The notes under the pieces are model-generated. The model was not told the origin of the DNA, did no database searches, and saw only the letters and a list, made by a program, of their open reading frames with translations. The translations under genes were made by a program, and so were the position numbers. Source: Alphaproteobacteria bacterium (GTDB lineage Bacteria > Pseudomonadota > Alphaproteobacteria > Rickettsiales > UBA8987). From it: 64,000 nucleotides of DNA. Below are positions 1 through 10,835 of this stretch, one piece after another. How positions within the stretch are numbered: position 1 is the stretch's first letter; every line of letters begins with the position of its first letter. The stretch spans positions 3,684 to 67,683 of the forward strand of contig JAUIEX010000001.1 of assembly GCA_030429725.1 (NCBI GenBank), given 5' to 3'.

Positions 1-1
1 T

Positions 2-1048
<1,047 letters not shown>

Positions 1049-1054
1049 TTTTTA

Positions 1055-1747
1055 ATGATTAAATTCGCAACAGATAATATCAAAGCTGCCATAATAGGAT
1101 CATTGCTAACATTCGTTCTAGGAATAGTATGGTACGCCATCGAAAATTATTTAGATGAAAGGCCAGAGTTAGAAGCAACTATAATACATAATGTTTTTCG
1201 TGTTCCACAAGAGAATCTTAAAGATAACATAGAAGATTTAATAAAATCTAATTCAGAGAACGGAAAAAAATCTAATGAATTGACTGAAACCACACAAAAT
1301 ATAGCTCTAAGCAAATATAATTTGTTAGAAATGGATATATTTCATTATAACTCATACTTACAAATTGAGCTTTTTAATCCAACCAATAAAAAAGTTCTTA
1401 ATCCTACCATCAAACTTTTTGATACATTAGGTTTCCAGAAAACTAATTCATATTTTAGGTATGGCAAAATTAGTGTTGTTGGCAACGAATATGTCATTCC
1501 TGAATTGATGCCAAATGAGCGAATTGAAGTAGAGGTTTGGACAACAAAATCATTTTACAAATACCCAGAACACTGGGAAATTCTTATCTCACACAATGAT
1601 GGCATTGCCTCAATAAGTCATAAGAGTCCAGTTATAGAAACTAACTATATAAAAATATTCATGTTAGTTGCTATGGTATCGATGGCGTTAATACCATTAA
1701 AACTTGTTATGGATGTTTTCTATTTCTCAAAAAGAAAGATTAAATAA
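1055..1747 (+). CDS. Hypothetical membrane protein with N- and C-terminal TM helices, on AT-rich cassette DNA.
   Basis: 230-aa ORF starting 6 nt after the thiC stop. Hand counts give roughly 30-35% G+C against ~60% in thiC. Hydrophobic segments at both ends. No motif recognised. Confidence 0.6.
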   Translation: MIKFATDNIKAAIIGSLLTFVLGIVWYAIENYLDERPELEATIIHNVFRVPQENLKDNIEDLIKSNSENGKKSNELTETTQNIALSKYNLLEMDIFHYNSYLQIELFNPTNKKVLNPTIKLFDTLGFQKTNSYFRYGKISVVGNEYVIPELMPNERIEVEVWTTKSFYKYPEHWEILISHNDGIASISHKSPVIETNYIKIFMLVAMVSMALIPLKLVMDVFYFSKRKIK

Positions 1748-1844
1748 ATCTACCCGTATATGAACAAAGAGAGTGCTAACAGCGACATCAACAAGCTGGC
1801 AGAGCTGCTGAAGAACATCACCGAAATAAACCGTAACACTAAGT

Positions 1845-1875
1845 AATCTACATCGACCAGAAGAAGGTGGGGTGA
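1845..1875. repeat. Direct repeat copy 2: an orphan duplicate of the thiC 3' terminus downstream of the cassette.
   Basis: 27-nt perfect match to 1018-1044. It continues GGG TGA where copy 1 has GGT TAA, so the encoded peptide end is the same with a different stop. Confidence 0.9.
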
Positions 1876-2132
1876 TAAAACTTCATTCTTCCGGAATAAT
1901 AATATGGCCGCTATATTTATGAGGGATACGATTGTTAATACCATTGGGTTATGTTAAGCTTGCCGTATGAAAGATTTTTCTGAAATGAACCGGGTGAATG
2001 CTTTTTCAGCTGGCTGCGGCTCTGTGTTTGATATAGGTCTTTTAGAAGATGATGCCTTTTATCAGGGCGATTCTTCTGCCAATCTCTATGCGGATTGGGT
2101 GAATGTAGGCGGTTATATCTCATCCCAAATCA

Positions 2133-2591
2133 GTGCTTATGACAAAACAAACAAAGCGCGATAAACCACTGCCAAAAAAGAAAAAAGCTACTGACATCAG
2201 CGATGATGTAAGCAAGGTGCTTGAGTTACTGCCGAAAGATGATCCTGCTACTCGTCACTCCATTGCGGTGGCTTTAAGCCACTTTTCAGGGCCACTGCCA
2301 CCACCTGAGATTATGGAACATTATGGCAGGATCATTCCTGATGCACCTGAGCGCATCCTAAAAATGGCAGAAAAGGAGCAATCCATCAGGCACCGGATGC
2401 GCAAAGAATTTGCACAGTTCAAACGAAGAGGGCAGTGGTTTGCATTGCTTATCGTGTTGGGCGCTTTGGTAACAACCTACCTTCTTGCTACGGCCGGCCA
2501 TCCCGGATGGGGATCAGCAATTTCGTTTACGGCCATAGCGGGCATTGTCGCATCCCTTATTCACAGCGGGAAAGGTAAGGAGAAAGAATAG
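2133..2591 (+). CDS. DUF2335-like membrane protein
   Basis: Motif PPPEIMEHYGRIIPDAPERILKMAEKEQSIRHRM followed by two TM helices, which is the typical DUF2335 architecture. The start could instead be 2139. Confidence 0.65.
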   Translation: MLMTKQTKRDKPLPKKKKATDISDDVSKVLELLPKDDPATRHSIAVALSHFSGPLPPPEIMEHYGRIIPDAPERILKMAEKEQSIRHRMRKEFAQFKRRGQWFALLIVLGALVTTYLLATAGHPGWGSAISFTAIAGIVASLIHSGKGKEKE

Positions 2592-2666
2592 CCCTTTGAC
2601 ACCCCCAATTTATCCCATTGCGCGAAGCGGGGCATTTCACTTATTGTTTCAGCATGAGGCATAGCA

Positions 2667-3800
2667 ATGATTAATGTAACTGCGCTGGCAATGCCGCTGC
2701 TGCTTTTTTCCGGGCAGGCGGTTATAATTCTGTTTATTGCCCTGGCACTGGCCACGTTGCCTTCCTGTTTCCGCAAACCGCGCCACTTCTCCGCCATTCA
2801 GTTTCTGGCAAATAATGCTGCCAGCTTTCTGATTTTCCTCGCCGTTGCCAGCGCAATGTGGAGCGTTAACAGCGCTGAAACATTAAGCAATCTGGCCATG
2901 GCGGCGGCACTTTCCGCCTGCTGTCTGGTGGGGTGGTATGGCGTGATGCAACAGGCTAAGGTTGAAAAAAAACCGCTCTCAAACCTTTCCCCCGCTGCCG
3001 TGGCGGCGCTGGCCATCGCCTTGATTTATATGACTGCCGACCATTTGACGGATTTCAGCATCAGCCTGTGGCTGCGTGAGTTATTAGGCTTCGGCACGGA
3101 AAATATCCGCCAGCCGCAGGATAAAGGCACGGCCATTTTCATTATGCTGTTCCCGGTTTTCTGGCGCCTGCTTTCCACCAAAGCGCGCCTGCTGATCACA
3201 CCGCTGGCGCTGGCGGCGTTCATCACCCACCCCATGCAGGCCGCGCAATTGGCGGCGGTGGCAATGATCTTCACCGCACTTGGCATTGTTTATGCCCCAC
3301 GCCTTATTAAACATGCCGTGCCAATGGGCATTTTCGTTCTGCTGTGGCTTTCGCCCTTTATTTTCTTCTATGCCACGCAATATGACTGGTCGGGTCTGCC
3401 GGAATCCTGGATGTTCCGCGTGGATATGTGGAAGAGCGCCACCCATTTGATATTCGAGCGCCCTTTAATGGGGTATGGCTTCGGCACAAGCCGGCTGGTG
3501 GAACAAACACTGGGCATGGATGTTGCCTTCCAGCTGCACCCGCATAATGGCTTTCTGCAGCTGTGGGTGGAGCTTGGCTCACTGGGTGCGTTTGCCGCAT
3601 CCATCATGTTGCTGCCAATCAAAACTGCGCTTAATGAACGCAGCTACCACACCAACCGCCTGCTGCTCTGCACACTCAGCGGCTGGGCAACATTCACCTT
3701 GGTAAGTTTTGGGCTGTGGCAAACATGGTGGCTTGCAACCCTCTTCCTGACAGCGTTAATTTACGCTACATGCTACCATCATGAGCGATCCGAAAAATAA
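2667..3800 (+). CDS. O-antigen ligase (Wzy_C) family polytopic membrane protein
   Basis: Many TM helices plus the family signature HPHNGFLQLWVELGSLGA near the C-terminal third. Confidence 0.75.
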   Translation: MINVTALAMPLLLFSGQAVIILFIALALATLPSCFRKPRHFSAIQFLANNAASFLIFLAVASAMWSVNSAETLSNLAMAAALSACCLVGWYGVMQQAKVEKKPLSNLSPAAVAALAIALIYMTADHLTDFSISLWLRELLGFGTENIRQPQDKGTAIFIMLFPVFWRLLSTKARLLITPLALAAFITHPMQAAQLAAVAMIFTALGIVYAPRLIKHAVPMGIFVLLWLSPFIFFYATQYDWSGLPESWMFRVDMWKSATHLIFERPLMGYGFGTSRLVEQTLGMDVAFQLHPHNGFLQLWVELGSLGAFAASIMLLPIKTALNERSYHTNRLLLCTLSGWATFTLVSFGLWQTWWLATLFLTALIYATCYHHERSEK

Positions 3801-5271
3801 ACAGGCAGAATGTTCCTGGCACCGTAATCTGTGGGAAAGTCTGCAAACACCCACAGGCTTCGCCTTGCTGGTGTTGGTTGTGACGGCCTTGCGGATTGCT
3901 GCATTGCCGCTGCTGCCCATCTTTTTTGACGAGGCGCAATATTGGACATGGAGCCGGGATATTGACTGGGGTTATTTTTCCAAACCGCCGATAGTAGCCT
4001 GGCTCATCTGGCTTACCACCGAGCCATGGGGGCAATATTCGCCCTTTTTCGTGAAACTGAGTGCACCCATTTTATATGGGATTTCCACCGTTTTTATCTA
4101 TCACCTTGGCAGCACGCTCTCTTCCAGAAAAGTGGGCACTCTTGGCGGCATCTTCTTTCTGACTCTGCCCATCACCACCCTTGGCAGCGCCTTTATTTCC
4201 GCTGATGCACCGCTGGTTTTTTTCTGGACGGTGGCACTTTTTGCGCTGGCAAAAGCACCGCTGAGCGATAAGGATAACTGGTGGCTGGTGGTGGGGCTGA
4301 TGGCCGGCTTCGGGCTTCTGAGCAAATATACGATGGGCATGTTTGCACTCTCCACCTTCATTTTACTCCTCAGCCATGAGGATGAACGCAAGCTTCTGCG
4401 CAACCTTGCCGTCTGGATTGGACTGATGATTGCGGCAGTGATGTTTCTGCCCAATCTTATCTGGAATCTAGCGCATGATTTTGTCAGCTTTCAACATACC
4501 GGCACCAACATGCTGTCGCAGGGTGTCTCGGTAAACTTTACCGGCGGGCTGGAGTTTCTGGCATCACAATTCGGTGTCTTCGGCCCCATCCTTTTCGCCC
4601 TGCTGTTATGGCACGGCCTGCGGTTAAAAACGCTGGCTTCGGAAAATGCCACGCGGTTTTACCTCTGCTTCACTCTGCCCTTGCTGTTTGTGGCAATCAT
4701 CCTTGCCTTCATTTCCGGTGCGCAAGCGCATTGGGCAGCGCCGGCTTACATCACGGGCAGCCTGCTTCTGGCGCATCTTCTGCTTCAAATGAACATGAAA
4801 AAAACCATCCTGACGGTGATAGTCCTGCATGGCGTGCTGGCGATTCTTTTTCCTTTTACACCCATACTGGCAAAGCTATCGCTGAGCGACGCACAGAATC
4901 CGTGGCAGCGTGTAGAGCGCTGGAACGCGCTTGCGCCCATCACCACAAGCCTGCTGAACCAACAGCCGGGGCTGGTGCCACTTACGGATGAACGTAAAAT
5001 CATCGCACCGCTTTCCTACCATTTCCGTCAGAAAGATGGCACACCCTACCCCATCATCAAATGGCATATGGGCGGGCAGATTCATGACCATTACGATCTG
5101 AATTCCAACCTTATGGCTTATGCAGGTTATGATATGTTGTTTATCACACGTCAGCCGGATATCACCCGCCAGCGCCCTTATTTTCGTCAGGCAATCAAGC
5201 TTTACGAAGCAATGATTCACGGTGAAAAATTTTATTTCTATCGCCTGAACCAGTTTCAACCACCACAGTAA
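3781..5271 (+). CDS. ArnT-like glycosyltransferase (GT39/GT83, PMT_2-type), undecaprenyl-phosphate-sugar dependent
   Basis: N-terminal FDEAQYWTWSRDIDWGYFSKPP motif and ~10 TM helices. Overlaps the upstream gene by 20 nt. Confidence 0.8.
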   Translation: MSDPKNKQAECSWHRNLWESLQTPTGFALLVLVVTALRIAALPLLPIFFDEAQYWTWSRDIDWGYFSKPPIVAWLIWLTTEPWGQYSPFFVKLSAPILYGISTVFIYHLGSTLSSRKVGTLGGIFFLTLPITTLGSAFISADAPLVFFWTVALFALAKAPLSDKDNWWLVVGLMAGFGLLSKYTMGMFALSTFILLLSHEDERKLLRNLAVWIGLMIAAVMFLPNLIWNLAHDFVSFQHTGTNMLSQGVSVNFTGGLEFLASQFGVFGPILFALLLWHGLRLKTLASENATRFYLCFTLPLLFVAIILAFISGAQAHWAAPAYITGSLLLAHLLLQMNMKKTILTVIVLHGVLAILFPFTPILAKLSLSDAQNPWQRVERWNALAPITTSLLNQQPGLVPLTDERKIIAPLSYHFRQKDGTPYPIIKWHMGGQIHDHYDLNSNLMAYAGYDMLFITRQPDITRQRPYFRQAIKLYEAMIHGEKFYFYRLNQFQPPQ

Positions 5272-5274
5272 GAC

Positions 5275-5982
5275 ATGATGAAACAACCGCTTAAAATCAC
5301 TCTTCTGCTCGTTATTAATCTGGCCGTTTCGCTGCCTTTTATTGTTTATCCGGAGCTGGATATAGCCATCAGCCGGCCTTATTTTGATTCAGGCCTGAAG
5401 CTTTTTCCGCAGGATAATCAGGGTTGGTCGGAAATCATTTATCAATCCGTCACCTTCTTTGCCTGGGGTATGGGGCTGGCAGCGTTGATCTGGCTGTGCC
5501 GTTCACTTTGGCGCTGCCGGAAATCCCCGGCATCAGCAGAGAGAGCCTCCGTCCGAAAATCCGCTTTTTTATTACTGACGCTGGCCGTCATCCCCGGCAT
5601 TTTCGTGCATAACATCATGAAGCCAACCTGGGATCGTCCACGCCCACGCCACACGGAACCTTTCGGCGGCACGCAGCCTTTCCTGCCGATGTGGCAGATT
5701 GCGCCGGCCGGGGTGAGTGGCTCTTCCTTTATTTCCGGGCATGCCAGCACAGCCGCCACCGCCGTTGCGCTGGCATATACAATTCCGCGCTTTGCTATGA
5801 TCCTTTACCCTGCCGGCATTATTTTTGCCCTTGCGGCGGCGGCTTCACGCATCGTGCAAGGCGGGCATTTTGCCAGCGATGTTTTGATTTCCATCAGCCT
5901 GACATGCCTGATCATCCACCTGCTTGCATTGGCGCTATTACGCCCTAAATCTACCCTGAAAGAAAAGCATAATAACCCTTGA
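5275..5982 (+). CDS. PAP2-family membrane phosphatase (lipid A / undecaprenyl-PP phosphatase-like)
   Basis: All three PAP2 motifs are present: KPTWDRPRP, ISGHAS and SRIVQGGHFASD. Confidence 0.8.
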   Translation: MMKQPLKITLLLVINLAVSLPFIVYPELDIAISRPYFDSGLKLFPQDNQGWSEIIYQSVTFFAWGMGLAALIWLCRSLWRCRKSPASAERASVRKSAFLLLTLAVIPGIFVHNIMKPTWDRPRPRHTEPFGGTQPFLPMWQIAPAGVSGSSFISGHASTAATAVALAYTIPRFAMILYPAGIIFALAAAASRIVQGGHFASDVLISISLTCLIIHLLALALLRPKSTLKEKHNNP

Positions 5983-6031
5983 TATGGGTTGGTTATTATG
6001 TTAACGATTCTGATCTGGAAAGGAGAATGAC

Positions 6032-6925
6032 ATGAGCGCAGTAAGTTTACCCACATTAACCGAATCCGGCTTGTCTCATTACATGGAAGAAATTCGTAAA
6101 TTCCCGATGCTGGAGCCTGCCGAAGAGGTGGAGCTTGCCAAGCGTTTGCATGATCATGGTGATATGGAAGCGGCGCACCGCATGGTCACCAGCCATCTGC
6201 GTTTAGTGGTTAAAATTGCCATGGGCTTCCGTGGTTATGGCCTGCCGGTTTCAGATCTTATCTCCGAAGGGAATATCGGCCTGATGCAGGCGGTGAAAAA
6301 ATTCGATCACACCAAGGGTTTCCGCCTTTCCACCTATGCTATGTGGTGGATTCGCGCGGCGATCACGGAATATGTTCTGCGTTCCTGGTCACTGGTAAAA
6401 ATGGGAACTTCCGCCGCACAGAAAAAACTCTTCTTCAATCTGCGCCGGATGAAAGGCCGCTTAACGGCACTCAGCAACCGTGATCTGACACCTGCGGAAG
6501 TGTCTGAAATCTCTTCGGAACTGAACGTGCCGGAACGTGATGTGATTGAGATGGATCGTCGCCTTGGCACGGTTGATAAGTCCCTTCAGGCAAGGGTTTC
6601 CGATGATGACAGCTCTGAATATGGTGATTACCTTCAGGATGAGGAACCCACGCATGATGTGGTTTACGCGGAGCAGGAGGATCTTTCCTTCAAGCGTGGC
6701 CTGTTCAAACAAGCGCTGGAGTTCCTGAATGACCGTGAGAAGGATATCATCGCCAAGCGCAAGCTTACTGATACCCCTCTGACATTGGAAGAACTCAGTG
6801 AAACCTATGGTGTCTCGCGGGAGCGGATTCGTCAGGTGGAAGCACGTGCCATGGAAAAGCTTCAGGCGCAGGTGGCCAAACTTATGACGGAGCTGACACC
6901 CAAAGCCCTGCCCCATTTGGCATAA
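6032..6925 (+). CDS. rpoH: RNA polymerase sigma-32 heat-shock factor
   Basis: Sigma-70 regions 2-4 plus an RpoH box (AQKKLFFNLRRMK). AAGGAG ribosome-binding site upstream. Confidence 0.92.
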   Translation: MSAVSLPTLTESGLSHYMEEIRKFPMLEPAEEVELAKRLHDHGDMEAAHRMVTSHLRLVVKIAMGFRGYGLPVSDLISEGNIGLMQAVKKFDHTKGFRLSTYAMWWIRAAITEYVLRSWSLVKMGTSAAQKKLFFNLRRMKGRLTALSNRDLTPAEVSEISSELNVPERDVIEMDRRLGTVDKSLQARVSDDDSSEYGDYLQDEEPTHDVVYAEQEDLSFKRGLFKQALEFLNDREKDIIAKRKLTDTPLTLEELSETYGVSRERIRQVEARAMEKLQAQVAKLMTELTPKALPHLA

Positions 6926-7018
6926 CACCGCACTTAACCGACATTAATGGTCTATGATTCTGGCGCTTTGCCGGATGATCTGGTAATGCTGGGCAAAATA
7001 CCTTATGTGGAAAAGATC

Positions 7019-8395
7019 ATGACAGCACGCGCAAAAGAAAATAGCCATCAGGCCAAAACATGGCAACCGGATTCATGGCAGGGTCTGCCCATCAAACAGC
7101 AGCCTGTTTATGAAGATCAGGCAGCGTTAAAATCCGTGCTGCGTGATATCTCACAGCAGCCGCCGCTGGTTGTTCCCAGTGAAATTCGCAATCTTCGTAA
7201 GCAGTTGGCAAAGGCCGCCACCGGGCAGGCCTTCCTGCTTCAGGGCGGGGATTGTGCGGAGAGCTTCGCAGAATTTAATGAGAAAAATCTTCAGGATTAT
7301 TTCCGGGTGATGCTGCAAATGACAGTTGCCCTGATGTATGGCACGGGCAAGCCGGTGGTGAAAGTGGGGCGCGTGGCCGGGCAATTTGCCAAGCCGCGCA
7401 GTGCGGATACGGAAACCATTGATGATGTTACGCTGCCTTCATACCGGGGCGATATTATCAACAATATTGATTTTGAGGAAACCGCACGACAGAATAATCC
7501 TGAAAATCTGCGCCGCGCCTATCAACAGGCCGGACAAACGCTGAACTACCTTCGCGCATTAGCTAAGGGTGGCTTTTCCTCATTGCAGAATATCGGCAAA
7601 TGGAATGACGAATTCATCCGCAATTCCCGCCAGGGTAAGCGTTTTGAGGAAATGGTCAGCCATATTAATGAATGTTTCAGCTTCATTGAGGCTTGCGGGT
7701 TGGATGTTCGAGACGTGGAAAAACTGCGTGAGGCAGATTTTTATATCTCCCATGAAGGCTTGCTGCTGGATTATGAACAACAGCTGGTTCGCCGGGATGA
7801 AGAAACCGGGGAATGGTATGCCTGCTCCGCCCACATGTTGTGGATTGGTGACCGCACACGGAATCTGGATGGCGCGCATGTGGAATTTTTCCGTGGCCTT
7901 TCCAACCCAATTGCATGCAAGGTTGGCCCTTCCATGCAGGAAGATGAACTCATCACGTTGATTGACACCCTCAACCCAAACAACGAAGCAGGCCGGCTGA
8001 CTCTCATTTCCCGCATGGGCGCCGGCAAAGTGGCGAAACATCTGCCCGCCCTGGCTCGGCGCGTGAAGCAGGAAGGGCGCAATGTTGTCTGGAGTTGCGA
8101 CCCGATGCATGGCAACACCATTAAATCTCCCAATGGCCTGAAAACACGTCCATTTAATGATATTTTATCCGAGCTTCGTCAGTTCTTTGATATTCATGCC
8201 AGTGAGGGGAGCTATGCCGGCGGCATCCATTTTGAAATGACCGGGCAGGATGTAACCGAATGCACCGGTGGCGCGCAGGCTATTTCCGATGCGGATTTGA
8301 AAAACCGCTACCGCACCCATTGTGACCCGCGCCTGAATGCCTCACAAAGTCTGGAGCTGGCCTTTCTGATTTCTGAAGCACTGAAAGGGCAATAG
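7019..8395 (+). CDS. Class II (plant/AroAII-type) 3-deoxy-7-phosphoheptulonate (DAHP) synthase
   Basis: WQPDSWQGLPIKQQPVY N-terminus, HMLWIGDRTR and a CDPMHGNT-type C-terminal motif. The ATG at 7019 is preferred over the ORF-track start at 6947. Confidence 0.88.
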   Translation: MTARAKENSHQAKTWQPDSWQGLPIKQQPVYEDQAALKSVLRDISQQPPLVVPSEIRNLRKQLAKAATGQAFLLQGGDCAESFAEFNEKNLQDYFRVMLQMTVALMYGTGKPVVKVGRVAGQFAKPRSADTETIDDVTLPSYRGDIINNIDFEETARQNNPENLRRAYQQAGQTLNYLRALAKGGFSSLQNIGKWNDEFIRNSRQGKRFEEMVSHINECFSFIEACGLDVRDVEKLREADFYISHEGLLLDYEQQLVRRDEETGEWYACSAHMLWIGDRTRNLDGAHVEFFRGLSNPIACKVGPSMQEDELITLIDTLNPNNEAGRLTLISRMGAGKVAKHLPALARRVKQEGRNVVWSCDPMHGNTIKSPNGLKTRPFNDILSELRQFFDIHASEGSYAGGIHFEMTGQDVTECTGGAQAISDADLKNRYRTHCDPRLNASQSLELAFLISEALKGQ

Positions 8396-8397
8396 GT

Positions 8398-10569
8398 TTA
8401 TTTGCTTTCAGGGGCGTTTAGGAAGCCGCTTTCATAAGCACGCTGCAGAAGGCTTTCCGCCGCTGTGTCTCCTTGCTCCGCCGCCATTTCCAGCCATTGC
8501 CGGGCTTTAAGGGCATTTTTTTCTTCCAGCAAAAAGAACTCGCCCAGCCGGCGCATCGCCATCACATTGCCATTCATTGCCGTTTCTTTGAGCATTTCCT
8601 GCGCTTCCGCCGTCATGCCATCTTCCAGCAGCCATGCCATTCTGGCTTGCCTATCACTCGGCTCCTCATCGCGTAACATCAACCCGCGTGTGCGAAAATC
8701 CGGCCATGTTTTTCCCGAAGGCGGTGTCAACGCACCCTGCTTCACCAGTTTTTCCAGCTTTGCCCAGTGCCGCACCCGGCAGGGCGAAGCCGCAACCGCC
8801 ATGCTCACGTAACCTGCCGCATCCGATAAACCACCCACCTGCACCGCCTGTTCGGTTAAGGCAATAAGCGTTGGAACATGGCCATATTTTGCCGCAATTT
8901 TTTGTGCTTCCATGGCGGCTTCCTTGCGCCCGGCAGCTTCATAAATCTTCGCCTGCAATGCATAAGACCCGGCATCCTCCGGCAGTGAATCCACCAGCGT
9001 CAGTGCTTCTTCCGCCTGATTTTGCGTTAAAAAATACTCCGCCAGAAAGCGTCGTGCTGCGGTGGATTTTTCCGCCGCTTCCTGTAGAAGATTCAGCGCC
9101 TTAGGATAATCCGGCTGCGGCGAAGCCAGCAACATTCTGGCATAGGCAAGCAAACCATCTTCCCGCTTCTCACCTTGCTGCAGGGCACGCTTCAACCAGC
9201 CTGTATTTTCATCCACCGGCTGTTCAAGAAATGCCAGCTGCACCATGGCACGGCGGCTGCCCTTCCGTGCAAATCGCAGCAATGCTTCCTTCTGAAGTGA
9301 AACATCCATCATCGGCAATTGTGCCATCAAAGCCGCTTCACTGCCCAGATCCTGCGCCCGTTGCAGCCAATATTGCTCCAGCGAAGCCTGCGGTTTTTTG
9401 CCGATGCCACAGCGATAAACATCCACCATCCGCAGCGCAGCCTCCGCACTGCCAAGGCTTGCCGCCAGCCGGTTATATTTCAATGATCCAACAACATCCT
9501 GCGCTGTGCCAATGCCATAGCGCATCATCTCCGCCACCCACATTATGGCTTTGATATGTCCTTTTTCGGCGGCCTTTTGATACAGGGTGAAGGCCTGGTT
9601 TTCTTCCTCCTCCTGATATGATCTGCGCTTAATATCCGCCAACGCTACCAATAATTCTGCCGTCACATGCGGCAATTTCACTGCCGCCGCCAACGCCATG
9701 CGCTGCTTTGCCTGATCTTTTAATGTTGGTGAATAATCACCCGCATAAAGCCGGTTCAACAGATGATAGGCACGCAGATTTTCCTTATTGGCGGCACGCA
9801 TTAACAAAGACTCCGCCTCCGCCGGATTTCCGGTTGCAGGCTGGAAATTCAGAAGATTTTCTGCCAACTGCACCATCGCTTCCGATGAGCCGTTATCCGC
9901 CGCACGCTTGAGAAAAAACGCTGCCTTTTTCTTATCACGCGGCACACCATCCCCTATATTGTAAGCATCCGATAAAGACATATTTGCCCAGATATTTCCC
10001 ATCTCTGCGGCTGCATTCAGCCATGCAAGCGCGGCAGCGTCCTCCTCTTCCTGCGCCCGCAGATAATCAACAAGAACATGCACCGAACGGAGGCTCTCAC
10101 ATTCCCCGGAAGCAATATCCACTGCAATTTTCTGCCTGGCAGCAGCCAGTAGCGGCGCCGCTTTTTCTGCGTCCGTTTCATCCGCCGCCAGCTTCACCAT
10201 AGCCGCAACATCACCCAGCGATGCCGCATATTGATAAAGCTCTTTCGCCTTGGGCGCATCGCCTTGTTCCCGGTAATAATCCGCCAGCATCACCGCTGCG
10301 GCAACGGAACCGCCTTTTCTTGCCTGTTCCAATAATTTCAGCCCCTGTGGAATATCCACCTCACCGTCAGCGCCTCTAAGTTTGGCAGCGCCATCATGAT
10401 ATTGTGCCGCTACCGAATTATGTGATTGTCCGCCGGCAGGCTTTTCGGTCTTTCCCGGGCGACAGATCATTTTATAATCCAGCTCCGGCGGAAAAAACAC
10501 CGCCCCTTCAGCAAAAGCCGGGGCGGAGAATAGCATCAGAATCGCCACCAGAACGTAGTGAAAAAACAT
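8398..10569 (-). CDS. Secreted Sel1/TPR-like repeat protein (723 aa)
   Basis: Signal peptide MFFHYVLVAILMLFSAPAFA. Many ~36-aa Sel1-type units (A..Y..AA..G...A...LA..Y..G.G). Confidence 0.85.
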   Translation of the reverse strand: MFFHYVLVAILMLFSAPAFAEGAVFFPPELDYKMICRPGKTEKPAGGQSHNSVAAQYHDGAAKLRGADGEVDIPQGLKLLEQARKGGSVAAAVMLADYYREQGDAPKAKELYQYAASLGDVAAMVKLAADETDAEKAAPLLAAARQKIAVDIASGECESLRSVHVLVDYLRAQEEEDAAALAWLNAAAEMGNIWANMSLSDAYNIGDGVPRDKKKAAFFLKRAADNGSSEAMVQLAENLLNFQPATGNPAEAESLLMRAANKENLRAYHLLNRLYAGDYSPTLKDQAKQRMALAAAVKLPHVTAELLVALADIKRRSYQEEEENQAFTLYQKAAEKGHIKAIMWVAEMMRYGIGTAQDVVGSLKYNRLAASLGSAEAALRMVDVYRCGIGKKPQASLEQYWLQRAQDLGSEAALMAQLPMMDVSLQKEALLRFARKGSRRAMVQLAFLEQPVDENTGWLKRALQQGEKREDGLLAYARMLLASPQPDYPKALNLLQEAAEKSTAARRFLAEYFLTQNQAEEALTLVDSLPEDAGSYALQAKIYEAAGRKEAAMEAQKIAAKYGHVPTLIALTEQAVQVGGLSDAAGYVSMAVAASPCRVRHWAKLEKLVKQGALTPPSGKTWPDFRTRGLMLRDEEPSDRQARMAWLLEDGMTAEAQEMLKETAMNGNVMAMRRLGEFFLLEEKNALKARQWLEMAAEQGDTAAESLLQRAYESGFLNAPESK

Positions 10570-10619
10570 CGGAGCATCCAGTGTTTTTATAAGGCAGAAC
10601 CGAGAATCCGAATCTCAGT

Positions 10620-10835
10620 TTATGAGCGCGGTGCGCGGTCAAGCCATTGCTGCATAACCGTATGAATAGGCAGGTTATATTTCTGCGCCTCTTTTTCAAA
10701 AAAACGAAAACTTTCCGGGCTTACGGCAAGGGTAATCTCTACCTCATCCGCCTGCGCACGCAACATTTCAGGGGAGGGTAGAAAATCCTCCATCTCCGTC
10801 ACATTGCCAATTTCACCGTCACTGTATTTGACCAT
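10620..10835 (-). CDS. brnA: BrnA-type antitoxin (CopG/RHH-like)
   Basis: Small ORF overlapping the brnT stop by 17 nt. Internal start MVKYSDGEIG. Sits in the typical BrnT-BrnA pairing. Confidence 0.7.
   Translation of the reverse strand: MVKYSDGEIGNVTEMEDFLPSPEMLRAQADEVEITLAVSPESFRFFEKEAQKYNLPIHTVMQQWLDRAPRS

Noticed and set aside
1760-1846. 28-codon mini-ORF (MNKESANSDINKLAELLKNITEINRNTK) ending at the start of the orphan thiC repeat
   Set aside because: It is too short and has no supporting signal. It may be a relic of whatever donated the cassette, but this cannot be tested from the window.
1967-2164. 65-aa ORF upstream of and overlapping the DUF2335 gene
   Set aside because: It has no motif and no clear ribosome-binding site, and overlaps the better-supported downstream gene by 32 nt. 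It is mentioned under the accessory-patch finding but not called as a feature.
6947-7018. 24-codon N-terminal extension of the DAHP synthase ORF
   Set aside because: Class II DAHP synthase similarity begins near MTARAKENSHQAKTWQPDSW. The extension starts only 21 nt after the rpoH stop, has no ribosome-binding site and is not conserved-looking.
10590-10612. GAATCCGAATCTCAG, resembling the GGAATCGGAATCTCAGATTCC hairpin of the thiC insertion
   Set aside because: The match is only ~14 nt, it lacks the complementary arm and G/C tracts, and it is too short to call an element remnant.
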